Made by a program: the position numbers and the translations under genes
DNA from: a virus
Taxonomy: Duplodnaviria > Caudoviricetes
Direction: 5' to 3' (one strand)
IMG/VR virus record: IMGVR_UViG_3300044798_000130
Span: 1 to 51,967 of that record
Length of the DNA: 51,967 nt
The notes under the pieces: model-generated
Told to the model about the DNA's origin: nothing
Seen by the model: the letters and a program-made list of their open reading frames with translations, nothing else
Database searches by the model: none
Shown here: positions 46,960 to 51,967 of the stretch, piece after piece
Numbering within the stretch: the stretch's first letter is position 1
How the letters are laid out: each line of letters starts with the position of its first letter

Positions 46960-49900
46960 CGCTTTAGGGCCTCATAGATCTTCTGCGGGAGTTCTTTCAT
47001 GATGGCTTTCTTGTGGGCGGTCAACAATGGCATGATTTCTGCCTTACTTGAACCAGAAACGTTCAGAGGCATGTTGATGGTGATTGGAGAACCGATTGCA
47101 GCAGTCGCATTAGAACCACCCGCGAACCCTCCTTTGGCAAACTGCCTGATACCAAGTTCCCTCATGACTTGGGGCAAAATGCGGAGGCCTGCCGCACGAT
47201 CGGAAATGGGGACAAATGCTTCAACCAAGCCGGGCTTTTCTGCAAATATATTTCCACCCGGTGAGATACCGGTTTCGCCATAAGATATACCGCCTTCGGC
47301 ATACTGGATACCAGGACTGCTCCACCCGGACGAGGCTACTTCGACGGCATGCGTTCCGCCCCAAGAAACATTGCCCCCCGGTCTGGTTGATCCAGTACCT
47401 ACCCCGCCACCAGACCATCCCCCAAAGAACGATCCATAAGAGCCGCCGTACCTAGATCTAAATGCCCCCCATGCTCCGCCTCCCATGCCATATGCACCGC
47501 CCGTCATCAAGTCGGAATAGATCTGCCCATTGGCAGTTTGCACGGCTATTAGGTTGCCATTCAGGTCTTTGATCTGAGAACTCATTTTATCAGTATTTTT
47601 CGCGGTATCTTTGCCATAGGGAACTGCTTGTGCCGCATATTTGGCCAATTCAGAACCATTTAGAGCTTTGGTTATACCATCCGGACCTGTTATCGTCCCG
47701 GCTTGCTTTTCCGCTCCACCTTGCCCCCAAGGGCCTGGTATGCCTTCCTTCTGCGCCGCTGTTGCCCAAGGCCCCCAAGAAGGATATATGTCTTCATATC
47801 CACCAAGCGATTCTTCCCTGAAAAAGCCCTTACCGCCTATATCCACGGGCATGGCCAATATCGATTCTTGATACTTGGCCCATGTCGTCATGCTATCGAT
47901 GCACGAGGATAGACCACTTTCGGCGGATGCTATGATGCCATCGAATTCGGAAAGACTCCAAGTCAATGGTTCCATGGTTGCCCCGCCCGTGAGTAGATCA
48001 CTCGTTTGCTTGCTGGGAGCAACAGTTTTAAGAGTAGTGTCTAAGTTTGCTACAGTACCATCCAAGGTTGTTATTCGGTTGCCAAAGTAATCTAGTGTCT
48101 TGGTATTATCCTTTATGGCCGGCACCGTTTCGCTTGCGAAGTAAGCCTTGGCGGCTTCATAATCCTTGGTGGGTCCGATGTAGGACTTGAAGAATTGCCC
48201 ATTTTTCTCTGCCTTTCTTGCGGTCTCTTCTATCATGATGCCCTGTTGGCTCATGGCTTCGCAATATTGCCCACTCGCGGCAGACGCATTGATAGCGGCA
48301 TCTGATAGAATCAAGGTGTTTCTAAGTTCCGTGCCTACTAGATCAGCATATCGAACTCTGACAGTATTTACCGCCGTTAAACTGTCCCTTTCTATGGCCA
48401 ATGGGTTAAGGACGCCATGGGACTGCTTGGTAATGATGCCTTTGCTTGCATCTATGGCCCATTGAGGTTCTGTATGCGGCCCAGAAGGCATAACGGCGGA
48501 TATGCCACGGGCCGCGTTGGATTGAGCAACGAAGGCATTGATCCTGGCATCCATGCCATACTTGTCCCATGAGGATTGGCCGGTGAATGGGTTAACCTTG
48601 ATCGCCGCTATTGCCTCCGGTGAGATGACGACGTTTGCTTGGCCTCGTTTGGCGGATGACTGGTAACTATCCGCACCACCCTTTATCGTCCATCGATTAT
48701 TAGTGTCTGCATTCCACCACATATCAGATACATATGTAAATGAGTCATCTAAAGCAACCGTGGCTGGTATAAGTTGCTGCTGAGTAACTATCTGCTGTTG
48801 CTGGATAGGTATCTGTTGCTGGTATTGGGCATTTACGGTAGCGACATTGACTCCAAGTTTGCCCAATTCCGGCCCCAACTTGGTTACAAATATACCAGGA
48901 TCTTGGTTATAGAATCCATGCGACTCAAAGAACCCGTGGTCTAATGGTTGGATGCACTCGTTTAGGGTCTTGAATGAACCGGACAATGCCTGCATATTGT
49001 AGCCCATGTCATGAGCATCGTATGTTTGGCCTCTGGCGGAAAACGTATCCTGATTGTATAATGCCAAATTTTCAGGAACTAATGGCAAAATGCATGGCAG
49101 GCCATCCATCGGGACGACAATCTCGTCTTTTCCAGCTTCTCCTATATTGGCAATGGTACCTCCCGGCGTGTGTTTTACGATAGCACCTTTGGCGAGTTGT
49201 GGAACCTCATAGTTTTTGCTCAGGATCGCATTAAGCAAACTATGTTTGGAAGTTACTGGCTGAACAGATCCTGGAGTCACTAATGGTGCTTGCCAGTTAC
49301 TCCAATCTGAGACTTGCTTTCCGCCTAATGCAACCCCATTTGCGCCAAATTGAGATGCTCTATATACATCTGCGCCCATGCTCGGAGATGATGTCCAATT
49401 GTTTGTTATATTGGAAATATTGTTAAAGCTTTTTGCGTTTATGGCCTCTATTATTCGGCTACTATCCGCAAAACTTGCTTCCTTGAGCGTGGTAGTTCCG
49501 GTTTTGACATCGGTACTAACGATAGATACTCTATCACCAACGATCACCACACCGCCTTTAAGCTCTGCATCGGCGGTAAACATGCGTTCTTGCCAGGCTA
49601 CCAGATTAAGAAGTTCAGGATCTTTTCGGGACAATTCTTCTTGGATTTTAACCAAGCTCCCTAACATACCCGGTTCGCCTTTGGTTATCTTATCTTCAGC
49701 GATTCCTACCAATTCCAGAACGCGAGCGGCGTTTTTATCTCCCGCATCAGATCGTTCTTGGAGGGCAACCAAATGCTCTTGTAATCTGGTTTCATCCGCC
49801 TTCATCGGCTCGATTTTGGCGGCGGATCGCATCTTAAGATATAGATCGCCCTTCGATTCTAGCCATAGATCGAGGTTGGTTTCGATTTCGCCCGTATCCA

Positions 49901-51967
49901 GTTTCAGTTTTATTCCAAGATAAGTATCTTTATAATCATTTAGGAGATCGTCGAAGCCCGCCTTGTCAAATTCCGGACCGATTTTGACCTTCAGATCTTC
50001 AAGTTTCTTGATAGCCGCCCCGATGTCATCTTTCTCAAATCCCTCGATCATGCCATCTGAAATTATGCCAGCTAACGTGCTGGACATCTCTCCTTTTTTG
50101 AGAGACATCCACTTGGGCATATCCAAAAATACCGGCTTGAGTGAATCCTCAAGTTGCTTGGACATTTTCGCGAATCCGCGCTCGTTTTCACCACGTGCCT
50201 CTTGCCAGTTTATCGCCTTGATGACCTCGCCAGATTCGTCCAACGCGGATACAGTGCCACTGCCCCATGTGGATTTTTTGTTTCTAGTATATTTCTGGAT
50301 GGTGTAGTCACCAAAAAATGTATCAAGTTTCTTGATATTTTCGGTGAGACTGCCTGGGGTGGATTGGGAATTTATGCCGCCCGTTTGGTAATCGATCATC
50401 TGGCCGTATGTCTTGGATTTGGTGTCTCTATCGAGAACTTGGATGGTTCTGCCCACAAGTGCTTCCTTGTCCGACATCTGCTTATTTCCGGCAGAATCAT
50501 AGATGAGTGATCCGATCGCTTCAGATACCTTGTTGTCCTTCATGGCCGCCATGAAGACTTCGCCAAAAACACCCCCCGCGGCCTTTCCAGCTTCGGTGCC
50601 TACCGATTTCATCTTGCCAGTGACCGGATCAAAGTTTCCAGCCTTTATGCCAGCATTGACAAAATTGGTGTATGTGGAAGCGGTTTGCCTGCCCATTTCG
50701 GCGGAGGTGATCTCATTCGCGGGTAGTTTTTCAATTCCAAGGAAGTCTTTAGCTGCCGCCACTATGTCCGTATTTTTATACTTGGAATCGGCAGCGGTCG
50801 CTTTTGCGAATAGCGCTGTACCTTTCTCATTAGCAGCTATCCAGGCATCCGCTATGCCACTGGCGATATCGGTCACGATGGGCAACAATTGGCCACCGAT
50901 CTTCTCCAAGCTCACCTGGAAGGCTTCGCCTATCCGGGCAAACTGCTTACTGGCATTATCAGCTACATTCTCATAACCCTTGGCCACATTCCCAGGTTTT
51001 GCGGCTAGATCGAATGCTCCCTGTAACTTGCCAGTGCCCGCGGTGATATCGGCTACCACCTTATCGATCATGCTGGCACCTTCCAGGCCAAACATCTTGA
51101 ACAGATCGGGGCGACTGCCTTCTGGCATTGCAGCGACTGCTTGCCCCAGGGATTGGATGGTGCCCATGAAATCTGCTTTAAGGCTAGTAGAAAGGGTTGC
51201 CTGATCAACGCCCATCAACTTTGCCACATCATCGCTGTTTTGGGACATCTTTTGAGAGACGCGTTCGATTTGTGTGCCCGCCTCACCTACACTCGCGCCG
51301 GTATCAATGAGGAAGGAAGCCATAGCTTCCCATTTGCCATAGGTCTTCTCATCGGGTGCCCATTTGGCGATAGCTCCGCTGCTATTCTTCATAGCAGTGA
51401 CTATTTCCTCTTCCGAAGAGCCCATAGCATTGGCTAGGTTATCGGTTACTCCGCCCACCTTGTACGCATAATCCGCCCACGACATCTCTTCTTCGCCACG
51501 CGCCTTTCGTTGGATATTCCATGATCCTAGCGTGACCGAGCCCATCTTGCCGATGCCTGAAGAGGTAGCTTCGGCTGACATGCCCCATGCACCTTGCAGG
51601 ATTGCGGTGGCCTTGGTAAAATCCAGGATCTCCTGCTTATAGCCTTTCAGATCGCCAGTTTCCATCTTCTTCTGGCCGACTCCGATAGAGCCTGCTTGCT
51701 CTACCATGTCGGAGGCAGCTTGTCCGGTGATGCCGAATTCCATTCGCAGACCCTGAAGTTGGTCCATGAGATCTTGCAGGTTGCTGCCGTCCAGACCAGT
51801 TGTGCGACCAATGGAGGTCTTCATGTCCTCCCATTTCATAGCGGCTTGTGTGGAGGCAGCACCGAGAGCACCCAATGCAACGACACCAGCGCCCGCCACC
51901 ATGCCGATTGGCCCCAACGTACCGGCAACAGATGATGCCATGCCGCCCATGACACCAAATTGCTGAG
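46956..51967 (-). CDS. Tape measure protein (main part)
   Basis: Very long Ala/Gly-rich helical protein; TP901-like core (EQAGSIGV...DFTK, LFKMFG); LAKGAIV...IGEAG motif. Confidence 0.92.
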   Translation of the reverse strand, partial: QQFGVMGGMASSVAGTLGPIGMVAGAGVVALGALGAASTQAAMKWEDMKTSIGRTTGLDGSNLQDLMDQLQGLRMEFGITGQAASDMVEQAGSIGVGQKKMETGDLKGYKQEILDFTKATAILQGAWGMSAEATSSGIGKMGSVTLGSWNIQRKARGEEEMSWADYAYKVGGVTDNLANAMGSSEEEIVTAMKNSSGAIAKWAPDEKTYGKWEAMASFLIDTGASVGEAGTQIERVSQKMSQNSDDVAKLMGVDQATLSTSLKADFMGTIQSLGQAVAAMPEGSRPDLFKMFGLEGASMIDKVVADITAGTGKLQGAFDLAAKPGNVAKGYENVADNASKQFARIGEAFQVSLEKIGGQLLPIVTDIASGIADAWIAANEKGTALFAKATAADSKYKNTDIVAAAKDFLGIEKLPANEITSAEMGRQTASTYTNFVNAGIKAGNFDPVTGKMKSVGTEAGKAAGGVFGEVFMAAMKDNKVSEAIGSLIYDSAGNKQMSDKEALVGRTIQVLDRDTKSKTYGQMIDYQTGGINSQSTPGSLTENIKKLDTFFGDYTIQKYTRNKKSTWGSGTVSALDESGEVIKAINWQEARGENERGFAKMSKQLEDSLKPVFLDMPKWMSLKKGEMSSTLAGIISDGMIEGFEKDDIGAAIKKLEDLKVKIGPEFDKAGFDDLLNDYKDTYLGIKLKLDTGEIETNLDLWLESKGDLYLKMRSAAKIEPMKADETRLQEHLVALQERSDAGDKNAARVLELVGIAEDKITKGEPGMLGSLVKIQEELSRKDPELLNLVAWQERMFTADAELKGGVVIVGDRVSIVSTDVKTGTTTLKEASFADSSRIIEAINAKSFNNISNITNNWTSSPSMGADVYRASQFGANGVALGGKQVSDWSNWQAPLVTPGSVQPVTSKHSLLNAILSKNYEVPQLAKGAIVKHTPGGTIANIGEAGKDEIVVPMDGLPCILPLVPENLALYNQDTFSARGQTYDAHDMGYNMQALSGSFKTLNECIQPLDHGFFESHGFYNQDPGIFVTKLGPELGKLGVNVATVNAQYQQQIPIQQQQIVTQQQLIPATVALDDSFTYVSDMWWNADTNNRWTIKGGADSYQSSAKRGQANVVISPEAIAAIKVNPFTGQSSWDKYGMDARINAFVAQSNAARGISAVMPSGPHTEPQWAIDASKGIITKQSHGVLNPLAIERDSLTAVNTVRVRYADLVGTELRNTLILSDAAINASAASGQYCEAMSQQGIMIEETARKAEKNGQFFKSYIGPTKDYEAAKAYFASETVPAIKDNTKTLDYFGNRITTLDGTVANLDTTLKTVAPSKQTSDLLTGGATMEPLTWSLSEFDGIIASAESGLSSCIDSMTTWAKYQESILAMPVDIGGKGFFREESLGGYEDIYPSWGPWATAAQKEGIPGPWGQGGAEKQAGTITGPDGITKALNGSELAKYAAQAVPYGKDTAKNTDKMSSQIKDLNGNLIAVQTANGQIYSDLMTGGAYGMGGGAWGAFRSRYGGSYGSFFGGWSGGGVGTGSTRPGGNVSWGGTHAVEVASSGWSSPGIQYAEGGISYGETGISPGGNIFAEKPGLVEAFVPISDRAAGLRILPQVMRELGIRQFAKGGFAGGSNATAAIGSPITINMPLNVSGSSKAEIMPLLTAHKKAIMKELPQKIYEALKR
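51739..51967. repeat. Second copy of the terminal overlap
   Basis: Direct comparison with 1..229. Confidence 0.97.

Noticed and set aside
1-51967. CRISPR array, diversity-generating retroelement, integrase or transposase
   Set aside because: No regularly spaced repeats, no reverse transcriptase motif, no TR/VR pair noticed, and no tyrosine/serine recombinase or transposase motifs in any ORF; the search was by eye only

Overview
The window is a complete, circularly permuted genome (unit length about 51,738 bp; 1..229 repeats 51739..51967 with one mismatch) of a tailed HK97-fold archaeal virus with a long non-contractile (sipho-type) tail. The archaeal host assignment rests on a PCNA gene, BRE/TATA promoters, a PriS/PriL-like primase and a TFB-like Zn ribbon. 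A Methanosarcinia-type methanogen host is plausible but is only an inference. The late module (minus strand) runs TerS, TerL, portal, scaffold, MCP, head-associated proteins, adaptor/closure, putative holins, MuF, neck, glycosyltransferase, two tail-tube paralogues, chaperone, tape measure (split by the contig ends), tail tip and fibres. The early module has primase-helicase, a J-domain protein, PCNA, Bet recombinase, an ERCC4-like nuclease, glutaredoxin and many small ORFs. I found no integrase, DNA polymerase, methyltransferase or endolysin. Most interesting observations: (1) a tandem of structured non-coding RNAs built around a tRNA-like scaffold with a 60-nt insert in place of the anticodon loop, plus further tRNA-like or multi-branched RNAs; (2) signal-peptide-bearing, sequon-rich proteins in canonical virion gene slots, together with a tail-operon glycosyltransferase; (3) a duplicated CCGAAAAG cis-element whose loop is complementary to the downstream RBS; (4) many unannotated mini-regulators (RHH, AbrB, Zn ribbon), most sitting behind a TATA box and an individual palindrome. 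All family assignments come from motif recognition by eye, not from database searches.
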